Assembly (NCBI GenBank): GCA_963793265.1
Contig: CAWBZI010000007.1
Coordinates: 256,001-320,000, forward strand
Direction: 5' to 3'
DNA: 64,000 nucleotides
Source of the DNA: an uncultured cyanobacterium
GTDB taxonomy: Bacteria > Cyanobacteriota > Cyanobacteriia > Phormidesmidales > Phormidesmidaceae
Part shown: positions 1-8,466 of the stretch, in pieces
How positions within the stretch are numbered: the first letter of the stretch is position 1
Layout of the letters: each line of letters begins with the position of its first letter
Notes under the pieces: generated by a model
Database searches by the model: none
What the model was told of the DNA's origin: nothing
Seen by the model: the letters and a program-made list of their open reading frames with translations, nothing else
Translations under genes and position numbers: made by a program

Positions 1-402
1 GCGATTGAGTCTTCTTTTCCACATGCACCGACTGCTAAATTGCTGGTGCGATCGCCTCAAGCTCCGTTCAAATATGCACAGATTGATGAAAGCAGCATTC
101 GCTCTAGCAATGGAAGACTGTTATTATCGCCAACGCTATACGCAAACTTTCCTAGCCAAAGAGAATCTGTTGCCATAGAGCAGCTATTCGCAGGCGAGCT
201 ACCCGTCATCTCTGAATCCTTAGCCGGTCAGGTCATTAACAACACCTTGCCTAGCACCTGGGGCGTACTCCAACGCGACGGCCAAGTCATAGCCGTTGTA
301 CACCTGCAAAGCAGTCGATTCTACGACTTTGTTACCCGCAGCTCGCCTGGCTTTCACCACGATGGGCCAGCGACGCTGATTAGCAGCGGTATTGGGTCAT
401 GA
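1..402 (+). CDS. Hypothetical protein, C-terminal part (5' truncated by the window edge)
   Basis: Frame 1 is open from base 1 to TGA at 400-402; no recognisable motif. Confidence 0.55.
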   Translation, partial: AIESSFPHAPTAKLLVRSPQAPFKYAQIDESSIRSSNGRLLLSPTLYANFPSQRESVAIEQLFAGELPVISESLAGQVINNTLPSTWGVLQRDGQVIAVVHLQSSRFYDFVTRSSPGFHHDGPATLISSGIGS

Positions 403-439
403 ATGAGAATTGTTTTCTCGGATCTTTGATGTGTCAGCC

Positions 440-500
440 GGAGGGCATAAGATCTTATGCCCCTACAATAATTTCTGTAGGGACATAGGGCTTTACGCCC
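440..500. repeat. REP-like palindromic doublet (GTAG-type) between convergent genes
   Basis: Perfect 20-bp palindrome GGGCATAAGATCTTATGCCC (443-462) followed by CTACA. A second degenerate copy, TGTAGGGACATAGGGCTTTACGCCC, lies at 476-500. Confidence 0.6.
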
Positions 501-523
501 GGTTGTGGCAAATACAGTTCCGT

Positions 524-1534
524 TTAGAACAAACTGCTGAACGCGCGCGCCATATTGCTTGGCTGCAAAGCTGCCGCTGCTGCTGTCGGTTCGTAGCCGC
601 AGTGAACCATGCAGTCAGCACACTTGGGATTGCCGCTCTTGAAGCCGTATTCCTCCCAATTTGTGTTGTCTAGCAGTTCTTGGAACGTCTTGTAGTAGCC
701 TTCATTTAGCAAGTAGCAAGGCTTTTGCCAGCCTAAAACGCTGTAGCTAGGACTGCCCCAGGGCGTACAGTCATAGTCTTTTTGACCGGTTAAAAAGTCT
801 AAAAAGAGAGGATTGTGGTTGAAGTCCCAAGCCTTTTTCCCAGCGTTAAAAGGAGCCAAGATCTCTCTAAATAGGGCTTTCGTTTGTTCGCGCTGTAAAA
901 AGTGGTCTTGATCGGGAGCCCAGCGGTAGCCGTAGCCAGGCGACACCATAATGCCGTCTACTTCTAGCTCTGTAAGATAGTCAAATAAGTTTTGAATTTC
1001 TTTGGGATTGGTGCCCTCAAACACGGTGGTGTTTGTCGTAACCCGAAAGCCCTTGGCCTTAGCCGCTCGAATGGCGCTAACGGCAATATCAAACACACCT
1101 TTGCGATCAACGCATTGATCGTGCAGCTCCTTCATACCGTCTAAGTGAACGCTGAAGCTAAAATAGGGCGACGGCGAAAACTTAGACAGGCTCTTCTCTA
1201 GCAGCAGGCCATTTGTACAAAGATAAACAAACTTTTTGCGATCAATTAAGCCTTGAACGATCTCCTCAATTTGAGGGTGTAAAAGCGGCTCTCCCCCTGG
1301 AATAGAAACCACAGGTGCCCCGCATTCTTCTACCACAGCAAAACATTCTTCTGGTGAGAGCTGCTGCTTAAGAATCTCTTTAGTATGCTGAATTTTGCCG
1401 CAGCCCGAGCAAGCTAGGTTGCAGCGAAACAACGGTTCTAGCATCAGTACTAGCGGATACTTTTTGCGCCCTTTGAGCCTTTGAGTCACGAGATATTGAC
1501 CGACTGAAAGCGCTTGTTGGAGATGAATGCCCAT
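524..1534 (-). CDS. hpnH: Adenosylhopane-forming radical SAM enzyme HpnH
   Basis: [23 protein letters not shown] (CxxxCxxC), [13 protein letters not shown] and [14 protein letters not shown] motifs; shc cluster context. Confidence 0.95.
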   Translation of the reverse strand: MGIHLQQALSVGQYLVTQRLKGRKKYPLVLMLEPLFRCNLACSGCGKIQHTKEILKQQLSPEECFAVVEECGAPVVSIPGGEPLLHPQIEEIVQGLIDRKKFVYLCTNGLLLEKSLSKFSPSPYFSFSVHLDGMKELHDQCVDRKGVFDIAVSAIRAAKAKGFRVTTNTTVFEGTNPKEIQNLFDYLTELEVDGIMVSPGYGYRWAPDQDHFLQREQTKALFREILAPFNAGKKAWDFNHNPLFLDFLTGQKDYDCTPWGSPSYSVLGWQKPCYLLNEGYYKTFQELLDNTNWEEYGFKSGNPKCADCMVHCGYEPTAAAAALQPSNMARAFSSLF

Positions 1535-1702
1535 TAACTTATCTGTTCCTCGCGGTTATTTCTGAATTATCTTTAGCAATGACTTACCCTAAGACAGTTT
1601 CTATAAAAATAGAAATCTGGTAAGACCTAATCTTTCAAGCAGCACATAAGCCTTTTACAAGGCTATTACTCTACTCTAGAATCAAATTAATGTTTTTTCA
1701 GC

Positions 1703-1710
1703 GCGATCGC
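1703..1710. repeat. HIP1 octamer GCGATCGC (one example; it recurs throughout the window)
   Basis: Also at 2770-2777, 3246-3253, 12221-12228 and many other sites; a cyanobacterial hallmark. Confidence 0.95.
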
Positions 1711-1852
1711 TCAAACGTTACGCATTTTTTGATACCTATCCCTTACTATTATTCTGATAGATATTCGCTTGTGATAAATTAATCCAACATTAATTTATTC
1801 CGTGTAACAAAGCAGCACAATCGTAACTATAACCGGTGTCTGAGGAAAAAGA

Positions 1853-2686
1853 ATGTTTACTGTTAATTCTGCGACTAATTCTGCTTTAGACTTGCTAAAA
1901 GCAACGAGTCGTACATTTTATATACCTATTAGCCTGCTACCCAAAGGTCTTAAAGAAGCCGTTGCCTCAGCTTATCTATGCATGAGAGCAATCGATCAAA
2001 TCGAAGATCATCCCGATTTGGACTATGTGGTAAAAGCCAAGCTGCTCAGGCAAATTAGCCTCAACTTACAGGCCGGAACCGCCTCGTCTTCAGCCGCAGA
2101 TTTTGCCGCCGGGCTCAGCGATTTTGATTCACACCTCGAAGAAGTCTCGCTCAGAATTGGTGAATGGGCCCTACTCGCCCCTGAAAGCATTGCCCCTCGT
2201 ATTTGGGACGCTACAGCAGCCATGGCTGACAGAATGGCCTATTGGGCCGAGCGTAACTGGCGGATTCAAACCGAAGCCGACTTGAACCAGTACACCTTTA
2301 GCGTGGCGGGCGCAGTCGGGCTCATGCTCTCAGATATCTGGGCTTGGCACGATGGCACCTCTACTAACCGCACGGATGCGATCAGCTTTGGCCGCGGCTT
2401 GCAGGCGGTGAATATTTTGCGCAACCACAGCGAAGATATGACCCGAGGCGCAGACTTTTATCCCGATGGCTGGAGCGATGCCGATATGCAAAGCTTCGCC
2501 CGCGAAAACTTAGCCAGAGCCGACGCCTACGCCGCCTCCCTACCCATTGGCCCGGCGCTGCTGTTTTGCAGAATTCCGCTCGCCCTAGCGCACGCGACGC
2601 TAGATGCGATGTCGCAAGGCAAAGAAAAGCTTACGCGCAATGATGTCTTAGCAATAGTGGCCCCGCTGAGCAAAATCGCGAGCTAG
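1853..2686 (+). CDS. sqs: Squalene synthase (phytoene/squalene synthase family)
   Basis: TSRTFYIPI, AYLCMRAIDQIED, YTFSVAGAVG and FGRGLQAVNILRN motifs; hopanoid context favours squalene over phytoene synthase. Confidence 0.85.
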   Translation: MFTVNSATNSALDLLKATSRTFYIPISLLPKGLKEAVASAYLCMRAIDQIEDHPDLDYVVKAKLLRQISLNLQAGTASSSAADFAAGLSDFDSHLEEVSLRIGEWALLAPESIAPRIWDATAAMADRMAYWAERNWRIQTEADLNQYTFSVAGAVGLMLSDIWAWHDGTSTNRTDAISFGRGLQAVNILRNHSEDMTRGADFYPDGWSDADMQSFARENLARADAYAASLPIGPALLFCRIPLALAHATLDAMSQGKEKLTRNDVLAIVAPLSKIAS

Positions 2687-2752
2687 CCGCGCCGCAGGTC
2701 GCTATAGGCAGACCACTATAAAATAGGGCCATTGTGAAGGCAATATCTGACC

Positions 2753-5524
2753 ATGCGTCTACCTAAGCTGCGATCGCCCCGATTTATCACTCGCTTTACG
2801 AACAGCGCCATTCGAGAGCGGCTGAATATTTCCAGGCTCGCTATCCAGCACTCTGGGCTGACCATTTTCTGCTGGATAGCGATCGCAGTTGCCGGTCTAT
2901 TTGCCTTTAGCTCGCTCAAATACGCCCTTTTCCCCGATATTACCTTTCCGGTTGTTGTCGTTAACGCCACCGCGCCTACGGCTACCGCGCTAGAGAGCGA
3001 ATCGCAGCTCACTAACCCGATTGAGCAACAGCTACAGGCGCTTGATGGTCTAAATGAAATGGTGTCTTCGACGTTTGCCGGGCGCAGCGTCACGAATTTA
3101 CGTTTCAAGGTCGGGACGAATCTGGCTGAAACAACCGCCGCCGTAGAAGCGAATATTGCAGCAGCGGACTTACCGGCCTCAGCAGATGTTGAGGTGGTGC
3201 CGCTTAACCTTAATGAAGAGACAGCGGTGAGCTACGCGATTACAAGCGATCGCCTCTCTACCGATGAGCTAGCTGCCTTGAGCGAGCGGGAAATCTTGCC
3301 TGCGCTGCGTTCAGTAGAAGGCGTACTGCGGGTTGATTTACTGGGTACCGGGATCGCTGCAAATGCCCTAGATGTCAGCAGCGAACCGAGTGAGAACTTT
3401 CTGGCAGATTTGCGCAACTCACCGACGCTCGTCCGGTTTGATGGTGAAGATGCACTGGCGTTTCAGGTTGTCAAGCGCGGCGATGCCAATACGCTAGAGG
3501 TGGTCAGTCGGTTAGAGGCAGAAGTTCAGCAGATTAGAGCGGATTTCCCTGACGTAGCGCTCTCGATGGCGGCTTCGCAGGCTGATTTTATTCGCGCTTC
3601 AACGCGGGCGACGATTGATTCTTTGATAGGGGCCGTTGCGATCGCAGTCTTGGTCATCTTCGGCTTTCTAAAAAGCTGGCGAGCCACCCTCATCACAGCG
3701 CTGGCCATTCCGCTTTCGCTGCTCGGCACCTGCATTGTCATGGCCGTTTACGGCTTTAATTTAGAAACCATCACGCTGCTCGCTTTGGCCCTGGTTATCG
3801 GCATTATCGTAGACGACGCTATTGTCGAAATTGAAAATATTATTCGTCATATCGAGCTAGGCCAAAGCCCGCGTCAGGCAGCGCTGATAGCCACAGATGA
3901 AATTGGACTGACGGTATCGGCTTCTACGCTGACGATTGTGGCTGTATTTTTGCCGGTTGCCTTTATGGGCGGGACGATTGGGCAGTTTTTCAAGCCGTTC
4001 GGGCTCACAATCTCGGCATCTGTGCTGGTATCTTTGCTGGTGGCGCGGACGCTGACGCCTGTACTGGCCGTTTATTGGCTGAAGCCGAAGCAGTACGGTA
4101 ATGGTGCGATCGCGCCTGAGTCTCATGTGAATGAAGAAAGCCTGGAAGAAACAGCGCCCGTATCTTGGTTGGAGCAAGGCTATAGCAGACTATTGTCCTG
4201 GTCGCTGGCCTATCGGTGGGCGGTTGTGGGAATTGCGATCGCTAGCTTCATTGCCGGAGTCGCAATCATTCCACTCATTCCCCAGGGCTTCATCCCACAG
4301 CTCGACCGGGGCGAATTCTACCTTAACTACACGGTGCCCCTACCGCAGGTGCCACAGAATGTCTCGCAAGGCACTTTTCTCGAACAGCAACAGAATCAAC
4401 AAAATTTCTCACAATCGCCTGTTGATCCTAGAGTGCGCTTACTACAACAATCTTTTGCGACCGGAGGAACTCTAGAAGAAACGGTGTTAACGCTGCCAGA
4501 CGTGGAATCAGTTTTGACTACTGTTGGCGGACAGGGTAGGCCAAATCAGGGCAGTTTATACATCAAGCTGAGAAGCGATCGCATGCTCGACACGGCCACC
4601 GTACAATCACAGCTTCGCCAAAAGCTACCCCCACAAAGCGAAGTCACCACCAGCGTAGAAGACGTTCAGTTTATTGATACGGGTGGTGAAAAGCCCCTAC
4701 AGATATCTTTGCTCAGCGATAATTTGGCCACGCTCAATCAGGCCGCTGCTGATGTTAAGTCTCAGATTGAAGATCTCCCTGGCTTTGCCGACGTGCGCGT
4801 ATCGACAGAAGAGAATACTGCCGAAACAACCACTGAAATCAATCATCGCAACGGCCAAAGGGCCGTGTTCATCAGCGCTAACCTGGCTAAAGGAGAAGCC
4901 TTGGGCGATGCCACCGATCAGGTAGTCGCTGTTGCTGAATCTGTTGTTCCACCAGACGTTCGCATTAGCTTAGGCGGCGACTCAGCTCGCATTGGAGAAG
5001 TATTAGGTAGCTTTGCAAGAACGCTCGTACTTGCCGTTTTCTGTATGCTCGCAGTCTTGTTCCTTCCTTTCGGAAGACTGCTAGAACCGGCAGTAGTCGG
5101 CCTTTCTCTACCGCTTTCAATCGTTGGCTCGATGTTAGCTTTGCTGGTCACTCGCAGCGATTTTGGCATGGTGTCTTTGTTAGGATTGCTGTTTTTGCTA
5201 GGCTTGCTCGACAAAAACGCGCTTTTGCTCATGGACTACACCAATCAGCTACGGCGAGCCGGTATGGCACGAACCGCCGCGATCGTGAAAACAGGGCTAG
5301 TGCGGCTACGTCCTATTTTAATGACAACGGCTTCGACCGTTTTAGGAATGCTGCCAATCGCCTTCGGACTAGGTGCAGGTTCCGAGCTGCGTCAGCCTTT
5401 AGCCGTCGCTATCATTGGCGGACTGCTGACATCCACGCTATTAAGCTTAGTCGTAGTGCCCGTCCTCTACAGTTTATTAGAAGATGGCTGGGCAAGAATT
5501 ACACGGCAACGCAAGCGGGCTTAA
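2753..5524 (+). CDS. RND permease, AcrB/AcrD/AcrF family, shortened (923 aa)
   Basis: FPDITFPVVVV, GIIVDDAIVEIENI (TM4), KNALLL (TM10) and RLRPILMTT (TM11). Confidence 0.9.
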   Translation: MRLPKLRSPRFITRFTNSAIRERLNISRLAIQHSGLTIFCWIAIAVAGLFAFSSLKYALFPDITFPVVVVNATAPTATALESESQLTNPIEQQLQALDGLNEMVSSTFAGRSVTNLRFKVGTNLAETTAAVEANIAAADLPASADVEVVPLNLNEETAVSYAITSDRLSTDELAALSEREILPALRSVEGVLRVDLLGTGIAANALDVSSEPSENFLADLRNSPTLVRFDGEDALAFQVVKRGDANTLEVVSRLEAEVQQIRADFPDVALSMAASQADFIRASTRATIDSLIGAVAIAVLVIFGFLKSWRATLITALAIPLSLLGTCIVMAVYGFNLETITLLALALVIGIIVDDAIVEIENIIRHIELGQSPRQAALIATDEIGLTVSASTLTIVAVFLPVAFMGGTIGQFFKPFGLTISASVLVSLLVARTLTPVLAVYWLKPKQYGNGAIAPESHVNEESLEETAPVSWLEQGYSRLLSWSLAYRWAVVGIAIASFIAGVAIIPLIPQGFIPQLDRGEFYLNYTVPLPQVPQNVSQGTFLEQQQNQQNFSQSPVDPRVRLLQQSFATGGTLEETVLTLPDVESVLTTVGGQGRPNQGSLYIKLRSDRMLDTATVQSQLRQKLPPQSEVTTSVEDVQFIDTGGEKPLQISLLSDNLATLNQAAADVKSQIEDLPGFADVRVSTEENTAETTTEINHRNGQRAVFISANLAKGEALGDATDQVVAVAESVVPPDVRISLGGDSARIGEVLGSFARTLVLAVFCMLAVLFLPFGRLLEPAVVGLSLPLSIVGSMLALLVTRSDFGMVSLLGLLFLLGLLDKNALLLMDYTNQLRRAGMARTAAIVKTGLVRLRPILMTTASTVLGMLPIAFGLGAGSELRQPLAVAIIGGLLTSTLLSLVVVPVLYSLLEDGWARITRQRKRA

Positions 5525-5558
5525 AGGACTTAGCTGCTAAATCACAGAGAGACATCGA

Positions 5559-6173
5559 ATGAGTACAGAGATCGTCAGCATTATTCTCGCTGCTATCAGT
5601 GCCTTACTAGGTTGGTTTTTCGGTACTCGCGCGGAGAGAGCAGCCAGAGAGCAATATCGACTAAACGCCATATCATTTGCTAGTAGTTGGTACTCCGACC
5701 TAAGGGCTTGGGCCTCCGAAGTTATTAGCTTGCTGAGCGAAGCTGCTGAACGGTGTGACGATACACAAGCAATTGATTTAAAACAAACGGAAGCTCTTGT
5801 GGTCTGTCGATATAGGCTGTCTGCTTTGATTGATCGCGGACGCTTTTTCTTGCCTAATAGACTGCATGAGACATACGGAACGCATAAGCCTGAAGCTTAC
5901 AAGGGAATTCGACATCCGGCACTTGATTACCTAGTTGCTGCGTATCAGATACTAGATGGCAGCGCAACAGTTTCAGAATTCGGATTTGACAATGAGAAAA
6001 GAGCACTCATTGAACTGAAATACCAATTTGTATCTGCTATTCAAGTTGTATTAGACCCTCGACTTCATACGAAAGAGATCAGCAGTTTAGTAGAAGACTC
6101 TCGTAAGGAAAAACTAGAGAAGGCATCGCCCATTGATAAGCTCCTAAATAAACTTTCCCGAGCAAAAAAATAA
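5559..6173 (+). CDS. Hypothetical protein with an N-terminal transmembrane helix
   Basis: 204-aa ORF with a hydrophobic N-terminus (IVSIILAAISALLGWFFG) and a GAGAG upstream. Confidence 0.65.
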   Translation: MSTEIVSIILAAISALLGWFFGTRAERAAREQYRLNAISFASSWYSDLRAWASEVISLLSEAAERCDDTQAIDLKQTEALVVCRYRLSALIDRGRFFLPNRLHETYGTHKPEAYKGIRHPALDYLVAAYQILDGSATVSEFGFDNEKRALIELKYQFVSAIQVVLDPRLHTKEISSLVEDSRKEKLEKASPIDKLLNKLSRAKK

Positions 6174-6269
6174 GCCATAGCCCTTCTGTTACATAAGTGG
6201 TAGCGATCAGCCCCGAACTTAACCAAATAACGGTCGTTACCCAATCCAACAGCGCTAATGTGAATTACG

Positions 6270-7379
6270 CTATGTTCTCCTAATATCGGGCATGTCATAA
6301 CCCCATTGCTCAATAAATGGTTGCCATCTATCTTTCACCACTTGCATAGCTTCTAGCGAAAAAGCATATTTGTTTTTACGATAGCTTTTTTGAGAATCAA
6401 GGTACGTCTGAAACAAAGGCTCCGCACTCTCCCATCCTGCTATCTCAAGCTGCGTATAAATCTGCTTCAAATGCCCTATCGGATCGGTTTCAAACGTCTC
6501 AAACTGTAGCTCTATAAAATCTTTCTCAGGCAGCGTTTTGGTATCATCAAAAAGCGCCTCCATCATTTTCGGATAGCTCTCTAAAATAGTCTCACTTACC
6601 GGCACATGCTCAAACGATTGCAGCGACAGCTCAGGTAAAAGCTTGTCGTAAAAGTTGAGCGTCGATTGGTAAACAATGTATGGATTTCGATAGATGTGAA
6701 TGAATTTAGCTTGGGGCCATAGCGATCGCAACCGCTCAATCCGACCCGTATACACCGGATTCTTAATCAATAGCTGCCTACCCGGACTTTGCATCCGCAG
6801 CTTCTTATACAGGTGCCTCATAGCATCCTGCCACGCTTCAATTTCTAGATCGTCACAGCCTTCAAAAAAGAGCCCAGCGTTAAAATTCTCAGTGAAGTTT
6901 TTCGGGAAATAAAGCCCGTGATAAAAAGACAAAAGCTGCATACTCGCCAGCGCAATTTCGTCCTCCTGAGGAGAATCTGGATTTACTGCTACTTTGTCAA
7001 TAAAGCGGCCTTCTGGCAGTGCCTTCTCTAGTACCGGACGCAGCAGATTGCCAAGCGTCAAAAAGTCCCACGGTAAACCTGTGGCCAGCGGCGCGATATA
7101 AGAAAACTGGGGAGAACGGCACAGCAGATTGTGCAAAAAAGTGGTGCCGCTGCGCCAGTGACCGACAATGAAGATAGGGGGAATTTGATTGGATTCGGGG
7201 AGAGGCGATCGCGCCACACTCCACCGTTCATACGTCGAGAAGGGCCAGCGCAATAGCGCCACCGACAAAATAATCGCCAGATGAACAGGATACTCACCTG
7301 CGCCGTTATGCCGTAGCAGAGCAAAAAGCGTTCTCAGATTCACACCCATCAACGGATGCAGGTATCGAGGAGAAGTCAT
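6270..7379 (-). CDS. PAPS-dependent sulfotransferase family protein
   Basis: 5'-PSB loop FIVGHWRSGTTFLHNLL, LLIKNP, and 3'-PB motif FIHIYRNPY..S. Confidence 0.9.
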   Translation of the reverse strand: MTSPRYLHPLMGVNLRTLFALLRHNGAGEYPVHLAIILSVALLRWPFSTYERWSVARSPLPESNQIPPIFIVGHWRSGTTFLHNLLCRSPQFSYIAPLATGLPWDFLTLGNLLRPVLEKALPEGRFIDKVAVNPDSPQEDEIALASMQLLSFYHGLYFPKNFTENFNAGLFFEGCDDLEIEAWQDAMRHLYKKLRMQSPGRQLLIKNPVYTGRIERLRSLWPQAKFIHIYRNPYIVYQSTLNFYDKLLPELSLQSFEHVPVSETILESYPKMMEALFDDTKTLPEKDFIELQFETFETDPIGHLKQIYTQLEIAGWESAEPLFQTYLDSQKSYRKNKYAFSLEAMQVVKDRWQPFIEQWGYDMPDIRRT

Positions 7380-7393
7380 ATCTTTTGTTTCAG

Positions 7394-8374
7394 CTAAATG
7401 TAGCCATTATCAACAAACCAATTCACCTCGCGCTGTAAAGCCGCCGAGATTGGCGTCTGTGGTAGCCCCAGTTCGCGGACAGCCTTAGAAGCATCGTAAT
7501 ACATCGTTTTAGTCCCCATCCGAACGCCGTCTAGCGGCACATTAGGCGCTTTGCCAAACCGGGCCAAAATATTCTCTTCGATCCAGGCCACACTCATCGG
7601 CACCGCGACCGGAATCGACTTCTCAGGCGCAGGTGTGCCGGTCATGGCTTCGAGCATATCCAGCATGGCCTTCAGCTTCATATTTTGATTGCCTAGAATG
7701 TAGCGATCGCCTGCCTTCCCCTTTTGCAGCGCCAGCAAATGCCCCCAAGCCACATCCTCAACGTCGATCACATTCAGCCCCGTATCCAAATAAAACGGCA
7801 TTTTCTGCTTCAAAAACCGCACAAAAATATTCCCCGTCGGTGTCGGCCCAATATCCCAAGCCCCAATCGGTGAAGTCGGATTCACAATCACCACATCCTG
7901 ACCGGCCTCAGCCGCCTTCACCGCCTCCTGCTCCGCCCAATATTTTGACTTACGATAGTGCCCAATCAGCTCGTCAACACCCGACTGATGCGTCTCGTCT
8001 ACCGCAACGCCTTTCTCACCTAAGCCAATCGCCGCCGCCGAGCTAGTGTAAACCGTGCGCGCTACACCCGCTCGATTCGCAGCAGCCAAACAGTTCCGCG
8101 TACCCAAAACATTATCTAGCTGAAGCTGATCCTGATCGGTTTGCCAAAGAGAATAGTAGGCCGCAATATGGAACAGCGCCTCGCAGCCCTCCATTTTCTC
8201 CCACAGGTCATCATCGTTCAAATTTCCAGTGACCGTCTCCACCTTAAGCCCCCGCAAATTGTCGAGGCGACTCGTAGGCCGTACTAAAGCGCGGACGCTA
8301 TGTCCCTCTTGCAGCAGCAGGCGAACCACATTTGCGCCAATAAATCCGGTTCCGCCTGTGACAAATATTTGCAT
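7394..8374 (-). CDS. hpnA: Hopanoid-associated NAD-dependent sugar epimerase HpnA
   Basis: VTGGTGFIG, HIAAYYSLW, YRKSK (YxxxK) and PTPTG motifs; cluster context. Confidence 0.92.
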   Translation of the reverse strand: MQIFVTGGTGFIGANVVRLLLQEGHSVRALVRPTSRLDNLRGLKVETVTGNLNDDDLWEKMEGCEALFHIAAYYSLWQTDQDQLQLDNVLGTRNCLAAANRAGVARTVYTSSAAAIGLGEKGVAVDETHQSGVDELIGHYRKSKYWAEQEAVKAAEAGQDVVIVNPTSPIGAWDIGPTPTGNIFVRFLKQKMPFYLDTGLNVIDVEDVAWGHLLALQKGKAGDRYILGNQNMKLKAMLDMLEAMTGTPAPEKSIPVAVPMSVAWIEENILARFGKAPNVPLDGVRMGTKTMYYDASKAVRELGLPQTPISAALQREVNWFVDNGYI

Positions 8375-8466
8375 CGGTTACGATTTTCTGTTGTTTATTG
8401 ATAGTCTATTCTCTTCAGAGAATTGTTACACGCCGAAGATACCCTACACCTTAAAAAAAGATTTTA

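Noticed and set aside
410..673. Short ORFs antisense to or nested in long genes (this one, and e.g. 2716-3108, 7633-8046, 40947-41747, 43351-43905)
   Set aside because: They are shadow ORFs of well-supported genes and carry no motifs of their own.
2753..5524. Calling the RND pump hpnN
   Set aside because: The motifs (GIIVDDAIV, RLRPILMT) are AcrB/HAE1-type, not HpnN/MMPL-type.
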